Origin: Schmidtea nova
Lineage: Eukaryota
DNA length: 64,000 nucleotides
Direction: 5' to 3'
Assembly: GCA_044892505.1 (NCBI GenBank)
Contig: CM097882.1
Location: 72,602,001-72,666,000 of the forward strand
In this document: positions 1 to 13,168 of the stretch, piece by piece
How positions within the stretch are numbered: position 1 is the first letter of the stretch
How the letters are laid out: every line of letters begins with the position of its first letter
The notes under the pieces: generated by a model
What the model saw: only the letters and a program-made list of their open reading frames with translations
Told to the model about the DNA's origin: nothing
The model's database searches: none
Position numbers and translations under genes: made by a program

Positions 1-494
1 AATTATAATGTTTATGTTAAGATTGTTAACTATGTATTCATCTCCAGTTATTGTAATAGGTAGTAAGGCTCTTAAAATAATGTTGCTAATTGAAAAAATG
101 ATAAGAACCAATTTTGTGGACTAAAATTTTACAAAAAGAAACTTATTTTTATCATCAGCTAGATGGTATAGTAATGGAGTTGTAAGATTTTATAAATAAT
201 ATTATATAACCAGCTTATTCAAACCTATTTAATATAAACTTTGCGAGCTTTTGATGATGCAAAATCGTCAATAATGTTGTCATAGTTCAAAGAATTTGCA
301 AAATAAATTTCAATTGACACACTTTATCAACTTGTCAAACATTCCAAAATAAACACATACGGAGGCACGCTAATGGACCAGTCCAACCAGTATTGTTAAA
401 AATAGGCTAGCTAGGGTGTCGTTTTTGACGGGCATGCCATTTGATAATTTTTTTATTTATATTTTTTTATTTTTGGTAACATTAAAAAACTCTA

Positions 495-570
495 CATCCC
501 AATTTTGCGCCCCTTTCAGATGTGCGCCCTGTGCGACTGCACCGCTCGCACCACCCTTGTTACGGCCCTG
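495..570 (-). mobile_element. GC-rich terminal fragment of a probable non-autonomous hAT-like DNA transposon
   Basis: Minus strand reads CAGGGCCGTAACAAGGGTGGTGCGAGCGG...GGGCGC, a CAGGGCCG-type end typical of hAT MITEs; partner end not found. Confidence 0.3.
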
Positions 571-1935
571 CATACAAGTCTTAAACAAATAGATACCAAT
601 CTTAAATAAGAACTTTTAACTTAAATTATTTAAACCCAATTTTATAATCAGCGTTTGTTTAAGTCCATTTATGATATTTAACATTTAACAGCTGACCAAT
701 TTTGGTAGTGATATGTGAAATTCGGGCACTATATAAATTTTATTACGATAACAATCAAGATGAGACTGATGTGTTAGTCTTCTATTTTTTGTTATTTTTT
801 AGCTTTCATTTTGTTATCATTTCCCTTCATGCTATAGCATTTTTAACATAAAAATATATATGTTATATAATTAAGATCAATTTTTATTTTATTGAGATTG
901 TGGAAAGCCTGATGATGACAGCTAAGCTGTTGAAATATATTGCATTAATATATTTTAAAAAATGGTGTTCTCTTATTTATATGAATAAATTGTCATTTTT
1001 ATTTAATAGTTTATAAAAATATATATTCGTCTTATCAAACCTTTACTCACATCTTTAAATTTTTATATTAAAGTCCATGTTTCTTAAATTCAATAAATGG
1101 TTAGAATCATAATTAGAGGTGTCAAATAACTTATCTTTAATAATTGAATTTTATAAAATATTTAAGTTGCAATTTTTAATTTCCAGGAAAACGAATAAAT
1201 GTCCCCAGCAATAATATTGACTTGGCAATTATTTTCCAAATCAAAATATTGCAGTTGTTACATTCGTAGTTTATGTAGATCTAGTACAGTTTGACCTATA
1301 TAACTAGGTTTCTCCAAACACACTGATTCATTTCTTACTACAACATATATTAAGTCATTATCAATTTTTGTCTTCTTTCAAAAATTCGGTTTTAAATAAT
1401 ATGTTAGAATTTTTGTGCTGAATTGTACAGTCTACAATCTATAATTTTTTTAAAGTTTTCAACAATTCTTTTCTTAAAAACTGTTGTTTAATAGTTAAAA
1501 GTAATTTTTATTTCATTTTATTTGTGTATTTATATCAAAATAATTTTTAAATATATTGTTTTAATTAAATTTAATGGCGTGACGTACTTTCGTTAAAACG
1601 ACCCCTTTATTAATAAATTGTTGAAGAAGCCTCTAATAAAGAACGTTGTTGTTCTTGAGTATTTTTGCGAGAGCAACAGAATCGACAATTTCAAATTTGA
1701 TGCACACATCCTTTGAGCGGGAAACGGAAGTAATCATTCAGTTTGTCGTGAATTGTTGTCAGTATTTCTAGATCTACTTATATGATATAACCAAATGCAA
1801 ATACATCTAAATCTACCGTTGAGTACTCTATTAATAAATTGGTTAATAAAATGTCACACGTCACCCATTTAAAATTACTCCCGAGGAGCTTTAAACTTAA
1901 AGCCCATCCACACAGGTTGTTGATATTTATATATA

Positions 1936-1944
1936 ACACACACG

Positions 1945-1990
<46 letters not shown>
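1936..1990. repeat. (CA)n(TA)n compound microsatellite
   Basis: Directly visible dinucleotide runs. Confidence 0.95.
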
Positions 1991-1991
<1 letters not shown>

Positions 1992-2179
1992 CATAGTGCT
2001 TAATAAAAATTCTTAATCCCTCATATATCCCTTCTCAAAAAATATTATAAATTTCTACATGCTCGATAAGTATGATAGGTATGGATAAGTCATCAATGTC
2101 CACGACATAGCAGGAATGCACAAAAAATTGAAGATTCAAATTTATTATGAGCAATTAATTTAGCTCTAAACTGCTGGAA

Positions 2180-3899
2180 AAAATCAGTAAGTAAATAAAT
2201 TTCTAAATTTAAGTAGAACATCATATAATCCAAAAGATAATTACTGTTGATCTCTATTCAGATAATCTGAGTCATAGAATATTCGGCTCTAGTGAAGTGC
2301 TTCCAAATTGAAAGAAAACGGCATTTTCTACAAAGAATGAGAAATACTGCGTCAATCGTATGCCATTTGGAATAGCAGCGGTTCCTGCTACTTTCCAGAA
2401 ATTAATGAACAAAGTACTTGGATCACTAAATTGGAAAGAAGCGGTATTGTATCTCGAAGACATCCTAATATTTTCAAATACTAAAGAGGAACACATAAAA
2501 GAGTAAAATATGTTCTAGACAGAATTAAAACAGCTTGATTAAAGTTGAGCCGAGAGAAATGTTATTTTCTGAAAAGGTAAACTAAGTTTTTAGGTCATAT
2601 CATAAATAAAGATGGTATAAGAACGGAGGAGGCGAATTTGAAGAAAACTATGTGGGACTAATCAAAAAAATTAATATAGACTGATGAATGTGAAATAGCG
2701 TTTCAAGGTATGAATGAAAAATTATTGAGAGCTCCAATACTTGCTCTCCAATACGTTATACCATGCAGGAGTGAAGAAAGTACAAGATTATATTTCACAA
2801 ACATTTGATTTTGAAAATAGACATGAACAAATTCAAATTGTAATTCATAGTTGTAAAGAATACCATAGAAGAAAAACATTGACAATACGAACGAAAGAAA
2901 CTACTTTAAAACATGATAATTCGAATTTATTTGAGACGATTTTAATTGATTTTTTGTGGACCTTTAAAGAAAACAATTCATGGAAAGACATATATATTGG
3001 ATCAATTTAGTAGATATATCGAGACTAGATGAAAATACAACATGATCTATTTTGAAAAATAATTGGATTTTAAAATACGGAGCAACAAAGTTTACATACT
3101 GCCACAAAGGGAAAACATTCGAAGCAAAACTAATCAACGAGTTAATTAACATTCACCGAATTGAAATAGTATACTCAATCGCTTATCATCATTCAGCTAA
3201 TGGAATGATTCAAAACGATTCAAAACTATAAGGAATGCAATTCAAATTTCCATAAAAGATAAAATGTATACAAATTTGGCAGATTTACTGCCAGATGTGG
3301 AATTTATACTTAATTCGACGATTCAGAGTTCAATAGGCTTTAGTCCTGCAGAAGAAGTATATGGCAAGAAAATATACAAAGAATGGCAATCAAGGGATGA
3401 CAAGGATTCAGGCATTAAAGAATACGTGAACATTATGAGTAAAAAAAGAGAAACAATGACAGCACAACTGGAAAAGAATGAAAGAAAATTATTATATAAC
3501 AATAAACTACGAATAAATCGAGAATTTAATGTTAGGGACTCTGTGTGGATAAAAGAGGATGTTATCTTAAAAGAGGATAATAGATATGATGGTCCTGGTG
3601 GAATTATTGAGAAACGGCACGATCGCAGCAATGTTGTAAAATTGCCAACTGAGAAAATAAAAATTAGAAATATATAACGGCTAAAAGGATATAAAAACTG
3701 AAAAAGATTATTAAAGGAGGTGGTGTAAGATGTATTTATATAAACTATTTATATTTATAGCATTTATATTTTATTATTTGAATGTTGTGATATGTTGAAA
3801 TTGAATGTTGAAACTGTTCGAAACATTATTTGGATTTAAATTAATTCTCCATATATGAATTAAGAAAATACTTTGTTTAAATAAAAAAAGATTATTCAC
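2180..3899 (+). mobile_element. pol: Decayed, 5'-truncated Ty3/gypsy LTR retrotransposon (RT, integrase, PPT, 3' LTR)
   Basis: Stop-riddled RT (RMPFGIAAVPATFQKLM, LYLEDILIF); RNase H apparently deleted; integrase zinc-finger remnant (ORF 2741-3010) and C-terminal part (ORF 3264-3677); purine tract AAAGGAGGTGG then TGTAAG LTR start at 3724; LTR end approximate. Confidence 0.85.
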
Positions 3900-3947
3900 G
3901 CCTGAATTTGTCAATGTCTAAAACTAAGACGAATCTTTACACCGATT

Positions 3948-4030
3948 GAAATAGATTTCCTTCCACCTAATACTACATCGTTAATCCAGTTGATTGATCA
4001 GGGAGTTATATCAAATTTTAAGTCATATCA
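3948..4030 (+). mobile_element. pogo/Tigger (DDE_1) transposase remnant
   Basis: Translates EIDFLPPNTTSLIQLIDQGVISNFKSY, matching the FLPPNTTS..QP.DQG.I..FK motif. Confidence 0.8.
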
Positions 4031-4419
4031 TTTTCATTGAAAATTTCAACCACAAGTTGATAAATGAACGGCAAAAATATAAAAACTATTGTTCAATTTT
4101 GGAGATCCCATAGAAGTAGGGTAACGTGAGGTTAGAAGCGCAATTAGTTTTCAAGCCTGATGTCATTAAAATTCTAGAGTAATCAATTTTAACGTAATAT
4201 CATATTTTATTACGCAACACAATTTGTTATTAGACAATATAATTTCTGACAATGTAATATCATTTTGATTACTAGTTATAGTGACATTTTCGTACGTTAT
4301 CACATATACAGTGACTTAATTTTTACTATTTTTATTTTATATTTTTTATTTAATTTTTAAAATTGTAATTATGAATTTTATCATATTTATAAGAATGATT
4401 TGGTAAACTGTAAATTTTG

Positions 4420-5720
4420 GCATACTTCTGTTATTCCTGTCACCAGTGAAAAATTTCATACTTTGTCTGAAAGCTTTAAGTGATATAACAAATCAATTCA
4501 TCGATTCTTGCCAGTTTGTTAAGTATAGCTTAAATGATGCAGTTAAAATCTTGATTTCTCTATCTCTTACTGGATCCGAATTCACGGAGTCTATTGTTGA
4601 TTGTAAGGGTATTTTTCCATAGGATTTCGATACTTTTTTAAAGGTTTGTAATAATTGTCAGTAACCTTGGATCTGGGAATTGTTTGAAAATCTGATGAGG
4701 ATAAACACATGTTATTTAGATGGAATCTATTTGTGACTTTATAATTGTCGATCTTAAATTGGACGATTTTCTTCTTGAAGACTTTTTCAGCAATTTCGGG
4801 TCAAGTCCATAGCACAAAATAGGTTAGATCATTTGCATTTTTTATGAATTTCATGTATGTTGTGGGCTTCAGCGATTTTTACCTTAGATGAACCTATTAA
4901 ATTTCTCGATGATATTGAGATACGTAATATTGTCTAATGAGAGATCCGTGGTGGTTTGACATGTGTAAACAAGCATTATGGAGTAATCTCCGAAACAACT
5001 GAGCTTTTAAACATTGATATAAATAGTTTGTGAGGGTGGACATTATGCAAAAAGTTACATAATGGCATATTCGAGTGAATCATTGATTGGATAAATTACG
5101 TAAATTAATTAATTTAATGTATGCTGATTTGAACTTTTTTAACTTATGGTACAACTTTTAAAGGGGATCTTGAAATCCCTTCAGATATTCACGAGAAATT
5201 AAATTTGTAACAGCAAATAATGTGTGTTCCATGTTTTAAAACTGAGAAGCTGATGCTTACGAATTATCACAAGAAGAATTATGTTATCAAGCAATTTCCT
5301 TCGTTAGATATAAAAATAACACATTCATATTGTACATTACAATAAGCTAAAAACAATTTTTAAATATATATTGACATAAATACTCATCTTAAGGCTTTTT
5401 CTAATAATTCTTTAAATAAAAATTACCATAAGCTTCAAAAAATAGTCTCTGTGGGAAAACCTTAGGAAATCTTAAAAAAGATTGAATTTGAGACTATGCA
5501 ATTCAGCGTCAAAATTGATTACATTCACTAGCAAATTTACTTTTACGAAAACATATAAAAACCATGGTGACCTTATTTCTGTCATAATTAATTAGAATTC
5601 TGTACGTTTAGATAAACTCAGTTACATTACTGTACTGAATCTATAAAAACCTATATATGCCATTACGCCACTATGAAAAGATAAAGCTGAAATTGTGGTT
5701 TCGCAATCAAAGCCGGAGTT
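4420..5720 (+). pseudogene. Protein-primed family B DNA polymerase fossil (Polinton/Maverick/adintovirus type)
   Basis: Collinear degenerate motifs: SVIPVTSEKF, FIDSCQFVKYSLNDAVKIL, KGIFP, DDFLLEDFFSNF, IRGGLTCVNKHY, DINSL*GW, DLEIPSDIH, YIDINT, KLQ(K/N)SLCGKT; many stops and frameshifts. Confidence 0.75.
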
Positions 5721-5808
5721 ATATAATAAAACATGTTATTCAAATAATGCAAAAACTTGTCTAATAAATTTTCATAATATATCAAATATTGCGTAAGATA
5801 TATATATA

Positions 5809-6040
5809 TATTTTATAATGATTTTATTGGATGAAAAAAATTTATTTTAATATTTTTGTGCGAATTGAATGTTGATGGACGGTTAGTATTTTTTTATGTA
5901 AAAAGTCTCGGAAGCTAATCTTTGTAATGAATTAGCTTCCGAGACTTTTTACATAAAAAATACAAACCGTCCATCAACATTCAATTCGCACAAAAAATTT
6001 AAAATAAATTTTTTTCATCCAATAAAATCATTATAAAATA
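5809..6040. repeat. Foldback palindrome, about 111-bp arms with 11-nt loop
   Basis: 5809-5919 is the reverse complement of 5931-6040 with only a few mismatches; loop CTTTGTAATGA. Confidence 0.95.
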
Positions 6041-6132
6041 CAAAAAAAATAATTAAGGTTACTATTTAGGATTAAGTAAATATAACGATAGAAATACACA
6101 CTTGATAAAGGCTGTGCCGAAATATTGTGTTA

Positions 6133-6345
6133 TTGTTTATAAAAAAATTTGATCTATAGTCATTATGAGAATTATTGATAATAATAATAAAAAAAGATCA
6201 AAGGTGAAAAAAGATAATTATGATAGTAAATATGATAGTATAGTTATTGTTTATAAAAAAAATTTTTTTTGATCTATAGTCAGCATTATGAGAATTATTG
6301 ATAATAATAATAATAATAAGAAAAGATCAAAGGTGAAAAAAAATA
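6133..6345 (+). repeat. Imperfect tandem duplication, unit about 114 bp
   Basis: TTGTTTATAAAAAAA...GATCTATAGTC...ATTATGAGAATTATTGATAAT...GATCAAAGGTGAAAAAA occurs at about 6133 and 6247. Confidence 0.85.
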
Positions 6346-6679
6346 TATAAACTATTATATATAAACCTGATGCTTTTAAATACCCTTCCGCGGAATAATT
6401 TGTACCCGATAATGAACAGGATATTTTAATGGTCACTGGACTGAATTCAAAATTTATTTTTAGAATATTTGGGAAAATCGTTTGGAAACGTGATAAAATG
6501 TAAAGATTTTCATAGGGTGTAAATCGAGGATCAAAAGCACTTGGAACAATAACAGTAGCATTTCGAATGGTAGCGTTGAAATTTACAACAAAATCATAAA
6601 TATTTTGAGTGAAAGCACAGACAGCCCTTGTATTGTAATTGACGTTTTCAAGCGTTAACGTTTCCTGACATTCAAACAA
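6251..6679 (-). CDS. Orphan ORF/exon, membrane glycoprotein-like (possibly pseudogenic)
   Basis: 142-aa ORF with N-glycosylation sequons (NATI, NATV, NYS) and hydrophobic C-terminus; no ATG start; degenerate paralogue at about 42.7-43.3 kb. Confidence 0.35.
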   Translation of the reverse strand: MFECQETLTLENVNYNTRAVCAFTQNIYDFVVNFNATIRNATVIVPSAFDPRFTPYENLYILSRFQTIFPNILKINFEFSPVTIKISCSLSGTNYSAEGYLKASGLYIIVYIFFFTFDLFLLLLLLSIILIMLTIDQKKFFL

Positions 6680-7529
6680 ATTTCCTTGGAATTATTTTCT
6701 TCAAAATATTATCTAGAATTCAAAATCCTTACTAAAATTAATGAACATCATTCCCAGAAAAAAGGCATTCAAATATTTATTCCTGATATCTATCACTAGT
6801 TGTTAATTTATTATAAATTCCAAAATAAATTCAGAAAACCTACTTCAATTCTCTTCAGATTTAGTTTTATTTTTATTCCAAAAATAAATATTAAATAGGA
6901 AAACTAATTTAATACATTTTTAAAAATATCGTTTTGATTTCATCAAACAAATTCATAATGAGAAATAAAATTTATTCGTCCAAAAGTTATGATCAAAATA
7001 ATTACAACATGAATTCAATAAAAGATCAATATGTTAAACGTAAATATTTTGATATTGTTTTATAAGTTAATAAAAAATATTAAATCAGAAATCTAAGTTC
7101 ATGTTATTAATAATAGCCAAATAAACTAGAAATGTTTCCCATTAGAAATCGCATTGGATATCACACAAGAAACGCTTTTAATAAGTCAATAGCCGGAAAT
7201 TTATAAATGATTACTTACTGATATCTGAAGATATTACAAAATTTAATTCTGTTAAAACTTATAGTGATAAGGAATGACATGGGTTGCTCATAAATATAGT
7301 TAGTAATATAACAAATGTATTACAATTTTAATTAATATAACGATATGTGTGTTGCGGTTTTATATAAACGCACAAAATTAATAAAATAGAAAATATGCAA
7401 AACTAATTAAAATTTGGCAAAATTGAAAGTTGAAAACGAATAAAGTCCCTGAAAGAGGTCAGAGCTAAAATAGAGATTAATTAATCGATCTCATTAATCA
7501 TCAGGGTAATCTCATCAATCATTGTGGAG

Positions 7530-7870
7530 AAAGTTGCAGATCTGGCAGGCCAGAAAATTGTTGGTCAAAGTGCGACTGGGAAAGACAATTTGAATTAACA
7601 AAAATTATATGATGGGTTGGATTTCAAGCTTAACACAATGACTGATAAGACGGAGAAAGGTATATAAACCAACTCATCCAAAAAAAATTGCCAGTTGGTC
7701 TGAAAAGAAAAAAAGAATTTGAATAGTCGAAATGAAAAGAATTTTGAAAAATTAAGGAAAATTGTCAGTGAGTAAAAAAGAATATCGTCTCAATCAGATT
7801 TCAGAGGTGACATCATTCGGATCATTTAACCAAAGAAAAAGTGGAAGTGTATTGACGTTGTGGAAGTTTG
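7530..7870 (+). mobile_element. Possible Tc1-like transposase remnant
   Basis: RSGRP motif followed by basic, stop-riddled sequence; no TIRs or DDE motifs confirmed. Confidence 0.3.
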
Positions 7871-8585
7871 TTCTTGATCAATAAATATTTTATTTTTTGA
7901 GTTTCATTGATTTTCAAAGAACACAAGAAGTCAGAATAAAGTTTAGTCTTACCGAAACCATAATATACCTCTATGGATTATAAAAGTATATATTAGATTT
8001 TAGTTTAGCATGGAAACGACTACTAGCACTCATTTCCCAGACTGCTTAAAGTAAGGCTTGTAAGTGAATATTGGTCAAAATATTTTTGAGATCCAAAGTT
8101 GTTTTTTGACATAAAAATGTTAAACACAAATATTTAAATATTAAATTGAATTGTAAAACATATTCAAATTTGCATTGAATTGATAAATTTCATCACCCCA
8201 TAAAGTCAATTGATACACTTTCCTTGTTTACTGAGAATTAAAAAATAAAAAATTATAAATGGTAAAATGGAGTAATAAAAAGAAAAGAATTTGAATTTTT
8301 ATGTGCACTATTTGACGTAATCACAGGACACTAATTTTTTGTGTGACAATTTGGCATTTGCCAATTTATTTCCCTCGAATCTAACTCGCCAACAGATAGT
8401 ATTCTTATTTATTTAATATTGATTTTTAGTTATTTTTAGGATCGGAAAAAAGCTTTAGCAATTACCTCAGTAATATTCAAGCTTAATCAACGACAAAGAT
8501 TTTTTTTGAAATATAAATTTACCGATTAATTCTCTTACGCCAAACCTGCTTTATTTGACCTACAAAAGTCACCCAACACAATAAC

Positions 8586-10791
8586 TGTTGAGGATACCTA
8601 AATAACAAATTAAGGAATAAATAAATAAAATTACCTGGGGGAAAATCGCCATGACGAAGGAGACGATTATTGAGAACTCAGAAAAGAAAACGGAAATAAA
8701 AAAATGTTGGACGATGAGGGTAGACCCATCGACACATTCATCCTATCAAAATATTACAGGACTGGTGCAAATAAGTACCGAATCAATATATACTCAGAAT
8801 GACCATCTCAGTCTTAAACAACTTAATCCTATCCAGATTACAATACCATCGAAGTGCAACATCAATCTAAAAATTTCAGTTTTAAACCTAATCCTCAATA
8901 TCAATTGCAGACATTCAATCCAAATCCAATACAGTCAACCATCAACAATCCAACATTAACCATTAACTCTATCTGACAATATTTGTGATTATAAACAATA
9001 TTGATTTTAACTGGACTATCACTTTTATTTTTTTTGGTACAATGTGTATATTTTAGATATCATGTTTATTTTATATGTATATAATTTTATAATTTTATGT
9101 TTTATTGGAAATTTTATATGTATATTTTATATGTTTATTGGAAATTTTATAATTACTTAAACAAATAATTTCTTAATTAATAAAAATCCAAATTAAATTG
9201 AGTTGGAAAATCCAAAATGAATTGAGTTGTATTTGCAATTCAAGTGGAGCAATTGAATTGCAATGGAGAGCGTTTTGGTTTTGGGAAGACAGGTGATATG
9301 TTGAGGTGGATAGTTGAATCCTAGAGTTGAGTGTTTGAGTGTATAGTTGAAAGTGGAAAGGAAGGGAAATTGTACATTTTTGAGTGCAGTTGAGAGGCTT
9401 TTGTCATAGTAATTTTACTATAAAAACAAAGTAAAAAATCAGTAGAACACCACAAATTTTGAGCTTAATATTTGCGCTTTGGACTCAGGACTATCTTAAG
9501 GTAATCTTAACTGGTTCATAAAATCCAAGTCAGATAAAAGACTTACACAAAAATTGCACGAATAATATAACACGCACACAATAGATTACACAGCATTTAT
9601 ATTTATAATCTTTTATTGATATTGAAAGGATATAATAAATTTGTAAATTTTAAAGGTAAACATTTTGATTATTAAATAAATTTTAGTGAATTGACTTTGT
9701 TTTATTTATTTATATAAGAGAACAACCCCGTAGGTTGGAGTTTCAAATATAAATATTTGAGACCTCAACAAAAATGAGAAATGAGAAAGAGGAATCAAAC
9801 AATAGAAACCAGACAAGAACACAAAAACAAAGGTCAGCACTAATTAATTAGTACAAAAGGAATTTGAGAATCGGGAAAACAGAAACAACAACAATATATT
9901 TATCGCAATATATTTGTCAAAGATAACGGAAACAGAAAAAACAGGCCGGAGCAGTTAAAAAAAGAAAAAACAAATTAGCTCGAGGGCTAAGCTGTTAAAG
10001 TCAGCATGGGAGCTCAAAAAAGTATGGGAAATTACAGAAGCAGAAATAGAAAAATGCAAGTTGTCCCGAGTACCAAACTGTCAGGTGCAATATGGTAATT
10101 GTAGAGAGAAAATGGAAAATGCCAGAGACAGGAGTTGCAAAGGCGAAGTGCTATGAGTGACGGAAGATGGCAAACTATAAAAATCGAAAGCAATCTGAAC
10201 TAAGTCAGAAGCAAGTTAGATGCCAAGTAGAAGCAAAGTGGATAAGCGAGGTTGGAGAAGAAAAGTAGTAACTAAAATTTGAATTAGAGAAGTTGTACGA
10301 TATTTGAAAATTACAGTGGATAATTCGAGTTGTAATTAAGAAGAAAGGGGAATTGTACGAAATCGGAAAACGATAGAAGATTTAAATTATATTGTGAAGA
10401 ATTGAGATCGAGATAATTTAATTGAACAAAGTAAAACATTTTGATTGAATAAAAGAGTTAGAGTACAGTTTACAGAGTCAAGTCAAAGAACGAAGGCAAT
10501 CGAAAGCAGTTTATTCAAATCTTGAGTCAATCAGTGGCTAGTGATTATTAGAGTATTTTGTTGTTATACACTTGGAGCTATTCCTCACGAAGTGTTGTAA
10601 TAAGCTCTGTATAATTACATATTTGAGGATTAAATTGATAGTAATATTATAATTTTTGTAGCTAACTGTGATAATCAATACAGGTTTCATTGTCTGAGAA
10701 TTGCTATTTTATGAATTAGATAAAGCACGCTTTGGAGTCAGAGATTTGATTGGTAACTTTTACATTTCACCAATAACTCAATGACCCAACA
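8586..10791 (+). mobile_element. Solo-LTR-like element family 1 (about 1.1 kb), split by a nested insertion
   Basis: Begins TGTTGAGGATACC, ends GACCCAACA; TSD TAAC (8582-85/10792-95); body resumes at 9775; conserved ATTACCTGGGGGAAAATCG, TATA-like CTATAAAA and GCACGCTT.GGAGTCAGAG shared with other copies. Confidence 0.85.
8705..9770. mobile_element. Solo-LTR-like element family 2 nested in family 1 copy
   Basis: TGTTGG...CCTCAACA ends, 4-bp TSD AAAA, 1066 bp; related to 26202-27507. Confidence 0.75.
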
Positions 10792-11431
10792 TAACTTTTA
10801 TCTAATTTAAATACACAATTGCAATTTAGTTAACACTTGTTAACTAGCAAAGCTTACTTCGACCAACTGGCAAGAATACTAAATTTATTTCTCATTTTAT
10901 AGTGTCTTTTGATTGAATTATTGGTCAGTGGCTCTTGATCAATTATTCTAGAAAAAACAATTTAGATTAGGGTTTCCTTCACCGCTTGCGCTTTTTCATC
11001 TTTCTCGAGGTTACTCGATAATTAATTTGTTCGGATGAAAGCGATATACCGCTGCTTACCGGGGCTTCCTCTACATCATCCAATTTTACCTAGGATTTTA
11101 ATAATTTTGCTTTTGACTCGGGTTTCCAATTAGCTCATATTTTCCATTAGGTAATTAATTTCTTTAATTAATATTTTTAAAAATATTTCTTTCTGGCGAT
11201 CCTCTTTTTGATTTTACATTACCATATTTGATTTTGTCTGATCATATAGCATCCTTCCATACCAATTTTCGTCTCTAAACTTTTATTTTAATTTTTCAAA
11301 TTTTTAATTAATTTTTGTATTTTATTTATTACTTTTCAAACTTTCATCTTTTTATTGATTTTCACATAGATTTTCTGCATTTTATTTTATTTTGTGCCTG
11401 TTTTGAAAAACCCCACCATTTCTCAACTTTT

Positions 11432-12496
11432 TGTTGGGTTTTTGGTCGTTGGTGATATTTAAGTTTAACAAACTTGTCCTCTGACTCCAAGCGTGCTTTT
11501 TAATTGATCCACAAATAACAATTAATAATGGAAACTTTATTGAATATCACAAATATTTTCAATTTACACTGAAGTGACCAAATTCAACAGTCTAACAGCT
11601 GATAATACAGTGTCTATTACAACACGATGGTGAATAATAGTATTCGCGTATAATCTTGGTTCGAATAAACACTCACCACTGAAGAGTATAACAGTTGGTA
11701 ATTTAACTGGTTGTTTTCTGGATTTGACTTGGATTTAAGCGCCAAAATTTCCTCGGTTATTAACTAAATCAGCTCCTGGTGCTTATCCTTTTATTTCTGA
11801 ATTCTCTTCTCGGATTCTTCTTTTAACTCTTCTTTAAATTTCTCTCTTTAAGCTTTTCTGCTTCAAATTTCTTCACATATTTCTTTGATTTCTCCAAATA
11901 AATATAGTCGTATTATCTTTTGTTTTCCCCTGACTTCTATCCTCTGTCACAAATATTCTGTCTCTAAAATGTTCTGTCTCTACAATGTTCTGCCTCTAAA
12001 ATATTCTGTCCCTAAAATATTCAGTCTACAATGTTCTATTTGCTTCTGCTGTGATTCCTCCTTTTATACCACATCACTTTGTGGCACTCAAGTGTATCTC
12101 TCATTTCCCATTTTTCCTCCACTTATTCCCCAACTTTTATCTGCAGGAGAGTTATCTCTGACAGCTGTCAAGATATTCTCTGCTTTTCCTTTTTGCCGCT
12201 CCAGCATGTTTTCTTTTCGTTTTCGTTATCTCTGACAAGTTGTCGAGGTAAGCACATTGCTGTTGTTTCTGTTTTTGCTGATTTTGAAATTCCTTTTCCA
12301 TTTATACTAATTAACTATCGGTAACCTTTGTTTTTGTTTTCTTGTCTGATTTCTTTTGTTTGATTCCTCTTTCTCATTTCTTTTTATTTCTGTTTTCTTT
12401 TACGAGTTCCCATTAATCTTCTCCTGCGCCATGACGATTTTCCCCAGGTAATTTCATTTATTTATTCATGAATTTGTTATTTAGGTATCCTCACCA
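11432..12496 (-). mobile_element. Solo-LTR-like element family 1, minus strand
   Basis: Minus strand starts TGGTGAGGATACCTAAATA and ends ACCCAACA; collinear with other copies; internal GACAGAA(T/C)ATTTTAGA tandem repeats; flanks CTTTT / C+TTTT once element C is removed. Confidence 0.85.
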
Positions 12497-12846
12497 CTGT
12501 TGGGCCTGCCAAGTGGTCTAAAGAGACAAAAATAATAAGACGATTAAAACAAAAAATAAAATAAATAATTACCAAAAACATAGAAAATCTAAATTAAAAA
12601 CCAGAATTAAATAAATAAATAATAATAAATAAATTACCAGCAAGGAGAAGGATTCGAAATTCACAATAGAACAAGCAGCAAGGAGCCTAAAACAGAAAAT
12701 TATGAATTAAATAAAAATAAAAGTACAATTAATTGAATAATTACTTCGAAAATCAGGACCACCCAGTGAGAAACCTGAATCGGAAATAAAATATTATTTA
12801 CAATAAAATAAAATAATAGACAGACTTTGATGGACGGCCTGATCCT

Positions 12847-12882
12847 GATTGGTCAATCTGACCAGCTGGATCAGTATAAATA
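12847..12882 (+). promoter_or_regulatory. Pol II promoter-like CCAAT box plus TATA box of element C
   Basis: ATTGG (inverted CCAAT) 12848-52 and TATAAATA 12875-82; CTGATCC...GGATCAG inverted repeat around the CCAAT box. Confidence 0.55.
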
Positions 12883-13020
12883 CCGATCCGAAAATCACAA
12901 ATTTTAGCATTTAGTTTTGAGACTTAGTTGAGAGCAATTTTGACATTGCTATTTTCTAGAGCATCAATTCAAGTTTAAAATTTTGAGCAATATATTTCAT
13001 TGGAACTCTTTAAGGACTAA

Positions 13021-13168
13021 GTAATTTTTTGTTTTATTTGATATGAGTTCCCATAATTTCATTCTTATTTTTATTTGATTTCAATTATATTTTTTATCCT
13101 TTTTTATTTTTCATTATTTATTAAATTTTATATGAATATAGATTATGTTTCCTTGACTGCTAACGCAG
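13021..13168 (+). other. Putative spliceosomal intron in element C
   Basis: GTAATT donor, T-rich body, branch point TGCTAAC (13158-64) followed by GCAG acceptor. Confidence 0.5.

Noticed and set aside
10130-10185. Zinc-knuckle-like translation (KCYE*RKMA) suggesting gag inside family-1 elements
   Set aside because: Not conserved in other copies; the conserved part (ATGGCAAACTATAAAA) is better read as TATA-box context.
11885-12324. ORFs within family-1 elements (also 25024-26318, 27749-28342)
   Set aside because: Phe/Ser/Leu-rich translations of A-rich strand complements; not conserved in frame between copies.
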